Assembly (NCBI GenBank): GCA_963422735.1
Contig: OY730476.1
Coordinates: 384,001-448,000, forward strand
Length of the DNA stretch: 64,000 bases
DNA from: Candidatus Latescibacterota bacterium
GTDB lineage: Bacteria; Latescibacterota; UBA2968; UBA8231
Direction of reading: 5' to 3'
Of the stretch, positions 47,958-58,396 are shown piece after piece. Each line of letters starts with the position of its first letter. Within the stretch, counting starts at the first letter, position 1. The position numbers and the translations under genes are program-made. The notes under the pieces were generated by a model, which saw nothing but the letters and a program-made list of their open reading frames with translations, had not been told where the DNA came from and ran no database searches.

Positions 47958-48838
47958 TGCGCTAGTCCGAGGCGTTGTTGCACGGGCTGGGCCGGCAGCA
48001 CGAGTGCTGTAGCCTCGTGGCCCGGCACTAGCGCGTACGCGGCGAATTGGTCCCCAGTGCGGGTCAGGCGCAGCTCAAAGCCGTCCGCGCTGTCCCAAGC
48101 CGCGAGCAGGTGCTCGGTTTCGCTCTGGAGCAGCGAGTCGGCCCGGGTTTGCACGATCTGCGCTAAGGCCGCTGCGATGATCGGCCCGGCATCGCTTTGC
48201 GCGCGATCGGGGGCGGCGCTCAAAAGCGGCGCTAGATGCTGATGCCAGTAGGCCGCGTCTTCCTCTTTCATCTTCAGAAAGGTCCAGGCTTCGGGCTCGT
48301 CTTTTGCCAGTAGCCACTTGTGGAGTTGGTGGAAGAGCGAGCCGTCCTCTAAGGCTATTTGCGCACCGATGAGGGCGTGGAGATACGAGGCGTCGCCAGG
48401 TACGATGGCTTGGGTTAGCAGGTAGCGACCATGTTCGTAGATCTGCAGGGAATAGGCAAGTTCGCGCAGAGTCTCCGGGTCGAGGTGATCGGGTTGGAGG
48501 GCGGTGTCCCGCCGCGCGACCGCGAAGAACGCCGCGTGGGCGCCGTGGTACTGGAGTTGATAGTGGTTTTGCAGAACCGGCAGCGGGGCTTGGCTCGGCT
48601 CTAGGGGAGCCTCGGCCAGCGAGTCGGATAGGGCCATGCGGGTCTGCCGGCTGGCGAGAATCCCCTGCCAAAGTGCGCCTCCCGGCTGGCGCTCTGGGTT
48701 TTGTCGCATCAGGTATTGGCCGATATAGCGGGCCGAGAATTGGGTTTGGTATTCGATCAAAAAAAGAACGCAAGCCGCGCAGAAAGGCACCAACGCACAT
48801 AGGGCGATGCGAATAAGACCATAGAGAAAAGCCAACAT
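47954..48838 (-). CDS. Hypothetical membrane-anchored protein
   Basis: 294-aa ORF with N-terminal hydrophobic helix; overlaps the PBP start. Confidence 0.6.
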   Translation of the reverse strand: MLAFLYGLIRIALCALVPFCAACVLFLIEYQTQFSARYIGQYLMRQNPERQPGGALWQGILASRQTRMALSDSLAEAPLEPSQAPLPVLQNHYQLQYHGAHAAFFAVARRDTALQPDHLDPETLRELAYSLQIYEHGRYLLTQAIVPGDASYLHALIGAQIALEDGSLFHQLHKWLLAKDEPEAWTFLKMKEEDAAYWHQHLAPLLSAAPDRAQSDAGPIIAAALAQIVQTRADSLLQSETEHLLAAWDSADGFELRLTRTGDQFAAYALVPGHEATALVLPAQPVQQRLGLAQ

Positions 48839-48950
48839 GGCGACACAATAACTTCGGGGCGACTTCTTGTCAAAAGTGCTTGCTCATTTTAGGAGAGTAA
48901 TGGTACTTTTGGCAGAGAGGCGATTAATCTATCTGGGGAGGTAGAAGAAT

Positions 48951-49934
48951 ATGAAACGCCTAAAATTTGCATGGATTGTCGTCGCTGTCGGGCTATGGCA
49001 CTGCGGCGATGGCGAAAAGAGCACCAGTCCCGTTGCGATCGTCGATCCTCCACAGGCGCCGCACGGGTTGGGTGTGGAGCGCATCGGCGACGGTGAGGTG
49101 TGGCTCAATTGGCAAGCCGCCGAGGGCGAAAACGAAGTGCTCTACGTCGTCTATCGCTCGGTGGGGAACGAGGCGGCCGTGGCTATTGACTCCACATTCC
49201 AGACCCGATTCAAGGATCAAGGCCTACAATACGAGCTGGAGTACACTTATCGAGTAACCGCGATAAACGGCGGCGGCGAAAGCGACCCCTCCAATGCCAT
49301 CAGTGGACAGCCCCTCAATAGCTTAACCCCACAGATGCCGACTTCGGTGCGCGCCGCAGCGCACCATCTCGAAGTACTCGGCCAACTCGACATCACCCTC
49401 GCTTGGAATGAAAACTCGGAGACCGATCTCTTGGCTTATCTGGTCTATCGCTCGACTGAGCAGGGTTTTACCCCGAGCGTCGAGCATTTGCTCATGCAGG
49501 TGTCGGTGCCGAGCTTTATCGACGAGAAGATCGAGGTAGGCACGGTGTATTACTACCGGATTACGGCGGTAGATCGCGGCGGCAAGGAAAGCAATGCTTC
49601 CGAGGAAGTCAGCGACGTCGCGTTGCCCTCGCCGATGCTATTGGCTCCGGTCTCCGGAGAAGAGACCGCTGCACCTTTGACCTTTACTTGGAATCGCTTG
49701 TCTGAGGCGCTCACATTCCAGGTGATCGTCACTACCTCGCTGACCAGCGGCGAGGTGTCGGACATGCCGCTGACTAGCGATACCACGGCCGTATTTACCG
49801 GTCGCATTAAGGAAGGACGCTTGGTTGCGCTCAAACCCGGGCAGGTGTACTACTGGAAGGTCGTGGCCAGTACGCACGCCGATGGGCTTGAGAATTCGGT
49901 GAGTCGGGTTGAGAGCTTCAAGGTGGCTGAATAG
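48951..49934 (+). CDS. Fibronectin type III repeat lipoprotein
   Basis: Lipobox-like LWHC; FN3 patterns (YVVYRS, YTYRVTAIN.GGES, YYYRITAVD.GGKES). Confidence 0.8.
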   Translation: MKRLKFAWIVVAVGLWHCGDGEKSTSPVAIVDPPQAPHGLGVERIGDGEVWLNWQAAEGENEVLYVVYRSVGNEAAVAIDSTFQTRFKDQGLQYELEYTYRVTAINGGGESDPSNAISGQPLNSLTPQMPTSVRAAAHHLEVLGQLDITLAWNENSETDLLAYLVYRSTEQGFTPSVEHLLMQVSVPSFIDEKIEVGTVYYYRITAVDRGGKESNASEEVSDVALPSPMLLAPVSGEETAAPLTFTWNRLSEALTFQVIVTTSLTSGEVSDMPLTSDTTAVFTGRIKEGRLVALKPGQVYYWKVVASTHADGLENSVSRVESFKVAE

Positions 49935-49939
49935 ATGAG

Positions 49940-51262
49940 ATGGACGCAGATATAGACCCTGGAGCCTTGCACGTCGTCGAGACCTTGCGCCGAGCCGGCT
50001 TTCAAGCCCTGCTAGCTGGTGGTTGTGTGCGCGACTTGGCGTTGGGACGCGTGCCCAAGGACTGGGATGTGGCTACGGATGCTAGGCCGGAAGAGGTGGC
50101 AGCGCTCTTTGAGCACACGGTGCCGATAGGTGTGCAGTTTGGCATCTCGGTGGTGGTGCTCGACGAGGGCGACTACGAAGTAGCGCGCTTCCGCCGCGAC
50201 GGCTCGTACCGCGATGGCCGCCGTCCCGCATCCATTGGATTGGCCGATGTCTGCGCTGACGCCCAACGCCGCGATTTTACCATCAACGGCCTGTTCTACG
50301 ACCCGGAGAGCGGCGCGATCTTCGATCACGTCGGTGGGCAGCGCGACCTTCACGCCAAGGTCATCCGCGCCATCGGCGCCCCGGCCGCGCGCTTTGCCGA
50401 AGACAATCTGCGCCTGTTGCGGGCCGTGCGCTTTGCCGCTCGGCTCGGCTTTACCATCGAACCCACGACGTGGGACGCGCTCTGCGCTTGGGCCGAGTGC
50501 ATTGCCAGTGTCAGTGCCGAGCGCCTCCGCGATGAGCTAACCCTGCTGTTGACTGAGGGCGAGGCCGTGCGCGGCTTGCGCCTTTTGGACCAGTCTGGCC
50601 TGCTGCAAGCCGTGCTGCCGGAAGTCGCGGCCATGCGGGGCGTACCGCAAGACGCTGAATTCCATCCCGAAGGCGACGTGTGGACCCACGTCCAGCTCCT
50701 CTTTGAACATCTCGACAAGCCGTCGGCTGAGCTGGCTTGGAGCGCGTTGCTCCACGATATTGGCAAGCCGTCCACTATGGTGCGAGCCGAGCGCCTCCGC
50801 TTCTACGGCCACGACGCGGTCGGGGCCAAAATGGCGGCTGTGATCTGTGGGCGGCTGCGGATGTCCAACGAGGCGCGCGAGCGCATCCGCGTGCTCGTGG
50901 CTGACCACATGCGGATCGGCCATGTGCGCCAGATGCGCCCGAGCACGTGCGCGCGTCTGTTGCGCGAGCCGCACTTTCCCGAGCTGCTCCAATTGCACCG
51001 CGCCGATTGCTTGGCCAGCCACGGTAAGCTCGACCTATACGAGTTTTGCCAAGAGCAGTTGGCCAACTTAAAAAAGGAACATCTGCGCCCGTCAGCTCTG
51101 CTCACAGGCGACGACCTCATCGCCTTGGGCTTTGCTCCCGGGCCACTGTTTAGGGAAATTCTCACTGCCGTCGAGGACGCTCAGTTGGAAGGGCAACTCG
51201 ATAACTACTACGCCGCGCTGCATTTTGTGCGGCGCAAATTCATCGCAGAGCCCGCCGACTAG
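49940..51262 (+). CDS. cca: CCA tRNA nucleotidyltransferase with HD domain
   Basis: GGCVRD..LG..PKDWD, RRDFTIN, EDNLRLLRAVRF, LLHDIGKP. Confidence 0.9.
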   Translation: MDADIDPGALHVVETLRRAGFQALLAGGCVRDLALGRVPKDWDVATDARPEEVAALFEHTVPIGVQFGISVVVLDEGDYEVARFRRDGSYRDGRRPASIGLADVCADAQRRDFTINGLFYDPESGAIFDHVGGQRDLHAKVIRAIGAPAARFAEDNLRLLRAVRFAARLGFTIEPTTWDALCAWAECIASVSAERLRDELTLLLTEGEAVRGLRLLDQSGLLQAVLPEVAAMRGVPQDAEFHPEGDVWTHVQLLFEHLDKPSAELAWSALLHDIGKPSTMVRAERLRFYGHDAVGAKMAAVICGRLRMSNEARERIRVLVADHMRIGHVRQMRPSTCARLLREPHFPELLQLHRADCLASHGKLDLYEFCQEQLANLKKEHLRPSALLTGDDLIALGFAPGPLFREILTAVEDAQLEGQLDNYYAALHFVRRKFIAEPAD

Positions 51263-51279
51263 TCGGCGGGCTCTGCGAT
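51242..51279. repeat. Perfect 38-bp palindrome at the cca stop codon
   Basis: ATCGCAGAGCCCGCCGACT|AGTCGGCGGGCTCTGCGAT. Confidence 0.85.
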
Positions 51280-51344
51280 CTGGTCCAAGAGGCGTAGCTG
51301 GGCGGGCGGATAGCTAGATAGGAGACCGAAGGGTGTGCGTTCAC

Positions 51345-51680
51345 TTATACCGGCTGGTGCTCTGCCGGCGACATTAGGTACAGCCCGCTCCAGCCCTCCG
51401 CACGGACTTGACGCACTTGCTCGGCAGCCAATTCGACGCCCGCTTTAGCTTGGTCGGCCGGGTCCGCATACACGGCCAGCTTGGCAAAAATCTCTTCCGG
51501 TACAACCACCCCGGGTACCTCGGCAATGCGCCGGGCGTGTTCCAACCCTCGCAGCACCATCACCTCCACAACGATCGGCCCTTGGGCGCGATAGGCGGTC
51601 AAAGATCGGCTGGGTCATTACGTAATCGGGAGTACAGCCATTTTTCTTAATAGCTGGACGACAGGTAATGTGCCGGGTTG
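51345..51680 (-). pseudogene. Methylenetetrahydrofolate reductase-like C-terminal remnant
   Basis: DYVMTQPIFD and EVPGVVVPEEI..AGVELAAEQV..GLYLMSP lie in different frames. Confidence 0.6.
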
Positions 51681-51821
51681 TTGCGGGAGCCTCCGGGGAT
51701 CGGTACAGGAAGTACCCGGCCCTCCCAAGGATGGTAAAATAAAGGTTCGTTTTCTTCGCGTATAATAGGGCCAAATCCATGCATTCCGCCCATGGTTGCT
51801 CCTAGGGTTTTGCACAACCGT

Positions 51822-53087
51822 TTAGCTGTCGTGGAGAGTTGCTGGATATCCGATGATCGATTGCCCAGCGGCGGGCGGCTCGATCTGGTCTAATAAATGT
51901 ATGACGTCTTTGGGCTGGACCTTATTGCGAAAAAAGAAGACCCCGCCAAGCACGTTCTTAAAATCATCCTCGCTGACATTGAGGTTGGACGAGACGGCCA
52001 CGAGCAAGTCCTTGCGCCGGGCTTGGCGCAGCTTTTCGAGCTTGCGCCGTAGATAATCCGGGCGCCAGTAGCCCATGATTTCCAACAGCGCCGTGCGCCC
52101 GTCGGGATGGCGGAAAGTGAAGTCTGGGATCATCACAGTCTCTTTGAGATTGACCACTTCGCTCTCGCGTTCGAGTTGCCAAGCGGTTTTGGCCTGGGCG
52201 AAGCGTGCGGCAAACGTTTCCTCCAGCAGGGAGTCGTACAGGGTCTGATCCCGGTAGTGAGAGACTAGGCCCGACTGGTCGTCGAGGACGAAGTGCTGGC
52301 GGCGGCCGTCCTTGCGGACAATATCGGCCTGCATCGACCAGCGGGTACACAGCAGCAGGGCTGGGAGGAAGACCGCCATTTGCAGGCCGTATTTTTGCGA
52401 GTGGCGGAACATGCTCACTGGGCCGTCGAGGGCAATCTCATAACCGGCATCGACATCGCCTTCGATGGTGTGAATCAGCCGGTAAAACTTGATGAACTTG
52501 AAAAGCTGTTTGTAGCGCACCGGCAGGTTTCGATACACGCTCAGACGCAGGATTTCGCAGCGGTAGAGCATGGCTTGGGCTAGTGCCACATTGTAGCGCA
52601 GGAGCAACTCGTTGGGCGAAGGTGCGGCAAAGGTCGCAAGCTGATGGTTTTCGGGTAGGTCGGCGTATAGCCCTGCGAGCACAGCTTCGCTGCTGATCTG
52701 GTGTTTGAGGGCGACCTGCTCCAGCAGGTCCTCGCGCTTGACTGGATAGATGAGACTAGGCTCGCGAACGACCGGATGGTGGGCGCGGGCTAAGGTAAAA
52801 ACGGCGCGGCGCAATTCTTCTGGGGGCTGGGGGCTGGCGACGTGGAATTCGCAGTAGTGGTCGCAGAGTAGCTTGGCGATACCGCGCTGAATGCGGTAGT
52901 CGGTGCGGTCCCCGGCGAGCACATCGAGGGCGTGTTGTAGCTCTCGCCGAGTTTTGCCTTGGTGTTCGGCGTGGATCTCGATGAGTGCTTGGGCTAGGTC
53001 GATGAGGGCCGGGTCCTCGACGGCGACATAGCGCGGTTCGATATAAGGGCCACGCGAGCGGGTCAGCAGGAGGTCCGAGGTCAGCAC
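51822..53087 (-). CDS. DUF790 family (Bax1-like) predicted endonuclease
   Basis: MLTSDLL, RYNVALAQAML, DGPVS, DSLLEETFA, IPDFTF..LLEIMGYW..YLRRK. Confidence 0.85.
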   Translation of the reverse strand: MLTSDLLLTRSRGPYIEPRYVAVEDPALIDLAQALIEIHAEHQGKTRRELQHALDVLAGDRTDYRIQRGIAKLLCDHYCEFHVASPQPPEELRRAVFTLARAHHPVVREPSLIYPVKREDLLEQVALKHQISSEAVLAGLYADLPENHQLATFAAPSPNELLLRYNVALAQAMLYRCEILRLSVYRNLPVRYKQLFKFIKFYRLIHTIEGDVDAGYEIALDGPVSMFRHSQKYGLQMAVFLPALLLCTRWSMQADIVRKDGRRQHFVLDDQSGLVSHYRDQTLYDSLLEETFAARFAQAKTAWQLERESEVVNLKETVMIPDFTFRHPDGRTALLEIMGYWRPDYLRRKLEKLRQARRKDLLVAVSSNLNVSEDDFKNVLGGVFFFRNKVQPKDVIHLLDQIEPPAAGQSIIGYPATLHDS

Positions 53088-53092
53088 TGGGC

Positions 53093-54448
53093 TTACTCGT
53101 AGGCTTCGTGGCGGCGGCGGCGGTTACTGATGTGATCTTCGACCGTGTCCTTAGAGACTACTTCGTAGAGTACGGCTTCCTTGCCTTGGCGACGGCGGAG
53201 GATGCGCCCGAGGCGCTGGACGTGCTCGCGGATGGTCCCCGAACCGGAGAGGACTACCGCGACGTTGGCTTCGGGGATATTGACGCCCTCGTTGAGCACT
53301 TTTGAGGCGACGAGGGCGAGGTACTCCCCCTTGTTGAAGGCTTCGAGGATGGCCTTGCGCTCTCGAGTGCGGGTGCGGTGGGTAATGGCCGGGACCAAGA
53401 AGGTGCGGGAGATCTGATGGACGGTCTCGTTGTCGTTGGTAAAAATCAACACGCGGTCGCGCGGGTGGGCCTTGAGGATGTCTTCGAGGACGCGGAGCTT
53501 GGCGGTCGCGCCGAGTGCGAGCTGGCGGTGGCGGCGGTAGGCGTGCATAGCTCGCCGGCCGCTGGTGCTTTTGGCCGAGAGCATGACGAAGTGACGCCAG
53601 CCATCGGCCGTGCCGAGACGGATATGCTTGTCGGCGAGGAAGGCCCGGTACTCGTCGCGGGCGGCCTCGTACTGAACGCGTTCCTCGGCGACCATATCTA
53701 CTTGGCGGCGCTCGACGCGATACTCGGCCAAGTACTCGCCGGACAAGGCGCGGATGCCGCGCTCATAGGCTATAGGACCGACGAGGGTGTCGAGGAGCAC
53801 GTGGCGGCCATCGGCTCGTTCCGGCGTGGCAGTCAGCCCTAGGCGGTAGGGTGCTAGGCACATTTCGGCGGCGTGGCTGTACATTTCGCCGGGCAGGTGG
53901 TGGACCTCGTCAAAGACTATGAGGCCGAAGCGGTTGCCGTAGCGGTCCATCTGCATATAGGCGCTGTCGTAGGTGGCAACGGTCAGGTCGGCTAGCTCGT
54001 GGTAGCCGCCGCCGAGCAGGCCGACCTCGACGGCAAACGAGCGGGTGAGCAGGTCGTACCACTGGTTCATCAGGTCGATGGTCGGAGCGACGACGAGGGT
54101 GCTGCGCTGGACTTCTACCATAGCCATGAGTGCGACCTGCGACTTGCCCGTGCCAGTGGGCAAGACGACCACGCCGCGGCAGCCGTGCTGTTGCCAAGCA
54201 GCGATGCTTTCGGCTTGGTGCGGGTGCGGCTCAGGCGCGGTTCGCAGCTGCAGGGAAAGGGTATTATAGCGCGGGGCCGCATTCTTGAATGCGACTCCGT
54301 TTTGTTTGAGGTGTTCGACGCTTTCGCGGTAGAAGTGGGCTTGGGCGCGCCAGTGATCGACGCGCGCGTCCCAGACAAAGGCCGGAGGCGCGTCCTCTCC
54401 CCGATAGTCGCGCAGGAGCAGGGTGCCTTCTTCAAAGGTTAGACGCAT
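53093..54448 (-). CDS. XPB/Rad25-like superfamily 2 helicase
   Basis: LPTGTGKS, DEVHH, LGLTATPER, QRLGRILR. Confidence 0.88.
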   Translation of the reverse strand: MRLTFEEGTLLLRDYRGEDAPPAFVWDARVDHWRAQAHFYRESVEHLKQNGVAFKNAAPRYNTLSLQLRTAPEPHPHQAESIAAWQQHGCRGVVVLPTGTGKSQVALMAMVEVQRSTLVVAPTIDLMNQWYDLLTRSFAVEVGLLGGGYHELADLTVATYDSAYMQMDRYGNRFGLIVFDEVHHLPGEMYSHAAEMCLAPYRLGLTATPERADGRHVLLDTLVGPIAYERGIRALSGEYLAEYRVERRQVDMVAEERVQYEAARDEYRAFLADKHIRLGTADGWRHFVMLSAKSTSGRRAMHAYRRHRQLALGATAKLRVLEDILKAHPRDRVLIFTNDNETVHQISRTFLVPAITHRTRTRERKAILEAFNKGEYLALVASKVLNEGVNIPEANVAVVLSGSGTIREHVQRLGRILRRRQGKEAVLYEVVSKDTVEDHISNRRRRHEAYE

Positions 54449-54534
54449 AGACCCAGATTGATTAGGAGGAAGAGAAATGATACATTGGGGCCGCAAAGCG
54501 ATCAAGGCATCATCAACCAAGGAGACACAGCGAT

Positions 54535-55479
54535 ATGGACACAGCCCGAGTGGGTTTGGCTCGCGCCGGTGCGCGGCGGGCCAACGTATATCAAGCGCTG
54601 GATTGGGTGCGCGAGGACATCGAGTCGAATCTAGCCGCCCAAGTGATGCTCAAGCCGAACTTCCTATCCAGCGAAAATTCCCTCGCCTCGACCCATGCCG
54701 ACGCTATGCGCGGTGCCATCGACTTTCTGCTTAGCGCGGCGCAGCCGCCCGAGGAGATCGTCATTGCCGAAGGTGGCAACGAGAAGTTTTCGGGCGAGGC
54801 GTTTGCCAACTTCGGCTATGGGGCCCTAGTCGAAGAATACCCAGTGCCGATTCGCTTGGTCGATCTGCATCAGGAGACGCGGTGGGAAGAGACCGCGATT
54901 TACATGGCCGGCGGCATCGCGGCGGCTGTGCGGATGCCGAGCGTGGTCCTCGAATGCCCCTGCACGATCTCGGTGGCCGTAGCCAAGACCCACGACGTGT
55001 GCGTGGTTACTTTGGCGCAGAAGAACATGATCATGGGGACGCTGCACAAAGAGGATCGCATCAAGATGCATGGCTATCCCTCGCACGCCGAGCGCGTGTT
55101 GCCCAGCGAAGCCGAGGTACTCAACGTGAACTTGATCCGCTTGGCCCAGTATCTCAAGCCAGACATCGGAATCGTCGATGGCACGGTGGGCCTGCAAGGC
55201 AATGGACCCGGGGGAACCGATGCTGTGCCGATGGGAGCGGCGGCCGCGTCAGCCGATGTCTTTGCCGTGGATGCGGTCATGGCCAAGGCCATGGGTTTTG
55301 AGCCGATGGCACTAGGCCTTTTGCACTACGCCGACACCTTGGGCTACGGCGTGGCCGACTTGGACCGAATCGAGGTGCGGGGTGTGCCGATTGCGGAGGT
55401 CGCCTGCGCCTTCAAGCCGCACGAGACGACTGCGCAACAGATGCAGTGGCACAGCGCGGCGGCACAGTTTTTGCCATGA
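54535..55479 (+). CDS. DUF362 domain protein
   Basis: VMLKPN, IAEG, KTH...TLAQKN, IVDG..GLQGNGP, D.FAVDAV. Confidence 0.8.
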   Translation: MDTARVGLARAGARRANVYQALDWVREDIESNLAAQVMLKPNFLSSENSLASTHADAMRGAIDFLLSAAQPPEEIVIAEGGNEKFSGEAFANFGYGALVEEYPVPIRLVDLHQETRWEETAIYMAGGIAAAVRMPSVVLECPCTISVAVAKTHDVCVVTLAQKNMIMGTLHKEDRIKMHGYPSHAERVLPSEAEVLNVNLIRLAQYLKPDIGIVDGTVGLQGNGPGGTDAVPMGAAAASADVFAVDAVMAKAMGFEPMALGLLHYADTLGYGVADLDRIEVRGVPIAEVACAFKPHETTAQQMQWHSAAAQFLP

Positions 55480-56900
55480 CGCCTCCCAACATCCTCTGGA
55501 TCTGCACGGATCAGCAGCGCTACGACACGATCGGCGCACTCGGTTATTCCCACGTCGATACCCCCCATATCAACAGGCTAGTCGCCGAGGGCGTGGCCTT
55601 TACCCATGCCTATTGCCAAAGCCCGATCTGCACGCCGAGCCGCGCGAGTTTTCTCACCGGACAGTACGCCAGCGCCGTCCACATCAACGGCAATGGCCTC
55701 GATAGTTTTCCCGACTACCCGCCGCTGGTCACGCGGATGTTGGCCGAGGCTGGGTACGACTGCGGGCTGATTGGCAAGCTGCACTTGGCCAGTGCCTATC
55801 GCCGCATTGAGCCGCGCGTCAATGATGGGTATCGCTACTGGGAGTACAGCCACGCGCCTCGCGACGACTGGCCACAGGGGCACGGCTATGCCGACTGGGT
55901 GCGGGAAAAGGGGGAAGTCTTAGGCGAGTTGATGAAGCAATATCCCCACGGCTTGCCCGCCGAGTTCCACCAGACGACATGGTGCGCCGAGAAAACGATT
56001 GAGTTTATGCGCCAAAAACGCGATGGCCCCTGGCTGGCCAGCGTCAATATCTACGACCCACACCCGCCGTTTAATCCGCCGCAGAGCTACCGCGACCGCT
56101 TTGACCCAGCGGCCATGCCAGGGCCGCTGTTTGCCGACAGCGACTTGGCGCAGCAGGAAAAGCTAGCAGCGATTGATTTCCAGTCCAAGGGACGGCGGCC
56201 CGACCAACTCGATATTCGCGATCCTTTGCACAAAGACCGGCCGACGCCCGGGGCCGATGTGCGCGTGTTGCAGGCGGCGTACTGCGCCATGATTGAGCAG
56301 ATCGACGATCAAGTGGGCAGGATGCTGGCCGCGCTCGCAGACACGGGCCAGCGCGACAATACCGTGGTGATTTTTACGTCTGACCACGGCGAAATGCTCG
56401 GCGACCACGGGCTGATCCAAAAGGGTTGCCGCTTTTACGAGGGCTTGGTGCGGGTGCCGCTGATTTTTTCTTGGCCAGGGCACTTTGAGGAAGGCTTGGT
56501 GCGCGGTGATCTAGTTGAGCTGACCGACAAGGCGCCGACGCTTTTGGAGCTAGCCGGGCTAGAGGTGCCGGAGCGGATGACTGGCCGCTCGCTCTTGCCG
56601 ATTTTGCGCGGCGAGAGCGCAGCACCGCACCGCGACTTCATCCGATGCGAGTACTACGACGCGTTGGACGCGCCCGATGGGACCTTCGCCACCATGTACC
56701 GCGACGAGCGCTACAAGCTGGTACTCTACCACGGGCACGGCTTGGGCGAGCTGTACGACTTGGAAGAGGACCCAGATGAGTTCGAAAACATGTGGGACGA
56801 GCCGCAAGCACAACCGATTAAGTTGGAGCTGATGCAAAAGAGCTTCGACGCTTCGATGCTGGCGATGGACCGAGGGCCTCGGCGCGTGGGGCCGATGTGA
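55476..56900 (+). CDS. Formylglycine-dependent sulfatase
   Basis: PNILWICTDQQR, CTPSRASFLTG, GKLH, SDHGEMLGDH, ELYDL..DPDE. Confidence 0.93.
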   Translation: MTPPNILWICTDQQRYDTIGALGYSHVDTPHINRLVAEGVAFTHAYCQSPICTPSRASFLTGQYASAVHINGNGLDSFPDYPPLVTRMLAEAGYDCGLIGKLHLASAYRRIEPRVNDGYRYWEYSHAPRDDWPQGHGYADWVREKGEVLGELMKQYPHGLPAEFHQTTWCAEKTIEFMRQKRDGPWLASVNIYDPHPPFNPPQSYRDRFDPAAMPGPLFADSDLAQQEKLAAIDFQSKGRRPDQLDIRDPLHKDRPTPGADVRVLQAAYCAMIEQIDDQVGRMLAALADTGQRDNTVVIFTSDHGEMLGDHGLIQKGCRFYEGLVRVPLIFSWPGHFEEGLVRGDLVELTDKAPTLLELAGLEVPERMTGRSLLPILRGESAAPHRDFIRCEYYDALDAPDGTFATMYRDERYKLVLYHGHGLGELYDLEEDPDEFENMWDEPQAQPIKLELMQKSFDASMLAMDRGPRRVGPM

Positions 56901-57715
56901 TGGAGCGGCAGCAGCGGGTGACGCAGCGGCCGATCTGGCGATTCCGCGGGGCGGACAAAGCGGCCGCAGACGACCCAGTAACGGTCGAAGAGCCGCTGGA
57001 GATCCGCGTGGAGGAGACGCCGATCGCGGTTGTTATGCGCACCCCGCGTCACGACTTTGAGCTAGCGGCCGGCTTCTTGTGTACCGAGGGCCTGATCCAA
57101 GCGCCGCAGGAGCTAGGCGCGATCTCGTACTGCACGGCTGCGGAGCCGCCCAACGAGGAGAATATCGTCGAGGTCAAGCTGGCCGCTGGCGTGGACTTTG
57201 ATCGGCAGCGGCTCCAGCGCAACTTCTACGCCTCGTCGAGTTGCGGGGTCTGCGGCAAGGCCAGCATCGAGGCGATCACCTGCGAGGCCCCCGCGCTAAC
57301 GGGCGATTTTACCGTGCCGCTAGCCATGCTCTACGGCCTCGGCGACCGCATGCGCCAGGCACAGGATGTATTCGAACAAACCGGCTCGCTGCACGCGGCG
57401 GCCCTATTTGATCAAGCGGGCGACTTGCTCGTTTTGCGCGAGGACGTGGGTCGGCACAACGCAGTGGATAAGCTCATCGGCCACTACGCGCTGCGCAACG
57501 AGCCGGTGCCAAAAAAGAGCGTGCTGATGGTCAGCGGCCGCACCAGCTTTGAGATTGTGCAGAAGGCGCGGATGGTGGGGATGGCGGTGGTCGCGGCCGT
57601 ATCCGCGCCGTCGAGCCTAGCGGTAGATCTGGCGCGGGAATCGGGTATGACACTGTTGGGATTTTTGCGCGGGCGGGGGTTCAATGTGTATACCGGGGGA
57701 GAGCGGATCGGTTGA
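56897..57715 (+). CDS. fdhD: Formate dehydrogenase accessory sulfurtransferase
   Basis: EEPLEI, MRTP, SSCGVCG, EDVGRHNAVDK, SAPSSLA. Confidence 0.93.
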   Translation: MMERQQRVTQRPIWRFRGADKAAADDPVTVEEPLEIRVEETPIAVVMRTPRHDFELAAGFLCTEGLIQAPQELGAISYCTAAEPPNEENIVEVKLAAGVDFDRQRLQRNFYASSSCGVCGKASIEAITCEAPALTGDFTVPLAMLYGLGDRMRQAQDVFEQTGSLHAAALFDQAGDLLVLREDVGRHNAVDKLIGHYALRNEPVPKKSVLMVSGRTSFEIVQKARMVGMAVVAAVSAPSSLAVDLARESGMTLLGFLRGRGFNVYTGGERIG

Positions 57716-57811
57716 AGAACCTCGTGTCTGCCACCACCCTCCAGAATTGCGACCGGATCGCCAAGATCGATCATCCTCTGACGAAATGCTGCTGAATACG
57801 GAGAAACCACA

Positions 57812-58396
57812 ATGTTGGAAACAAGCTTTAACGAACTGATTGTTCAAACTATCGAATTGTACAAAGAAAAAAGGAAAGTCGATAAGGAGCTAGAAGAAAA
57901 GAAAGAAGCAATACGTCAGCACTCAGAGGGTAAAAAGAACAGGTTCTCTATTTCGGGCCTTGGCAAAATTTTAGTGGCGGCAAAAAGAACTAAAGGCCTT
58001 GATGTGGATATTGAAAACTTGAACAACCTTAACCGGGAACAACTCGCTTGGCTCATCAACAAGAATGTATTGAGACTTTCGTTAAATAAATCAGTTTTTA
58101 AGTCGCTCGATGAAAGGGCTAAGAAAGGCATTTTGGCCACGGGATGTATTAAGCAGATCGAATATGAAGATGGCCAGCTTAGGCAGCGGGTCTCCATAAG
58201 GGTTGAGGAGGATGAGGAAACTCGTGACACTAGGAATCTCCATGACTCCAACCTCCCCGATAGCCGGGCTGTAACTAACATTGAAGAAGAAATCGACGAA
58301 GAGTATGATGACGAAGCTGACTTGATCTCAAGGGACCGCGATGACGATCTCGACGAATTGGGACGGTCCCAAGAAGAAGGCTGGCCCTACCGCTGA
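57812..58396 (+). CDS. Hypothetical protein, AT-richer, with acidic C-terminus
   Basis: 194-aa ORF; Lys-rich N-half and Asp/Glu-rich tail. Confidence 0.6.
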   Translation: MLETSFNELIVQTIELYKEKRKVDKELEEKKEAIRQHSEGKKNRFSISGLGKILVAAKRTKGLDVDIENLNNLNREQLAWLINKNVLRLSLNKSVFKSLDERAKKGILATGCIKQIEYEDGQLRQRVSIRVEEDEETRDTRNLHDSNLPDSRAVTNIEEEIDEEYDDEADLISRDRDDDLDELGRSQEEGWPYR

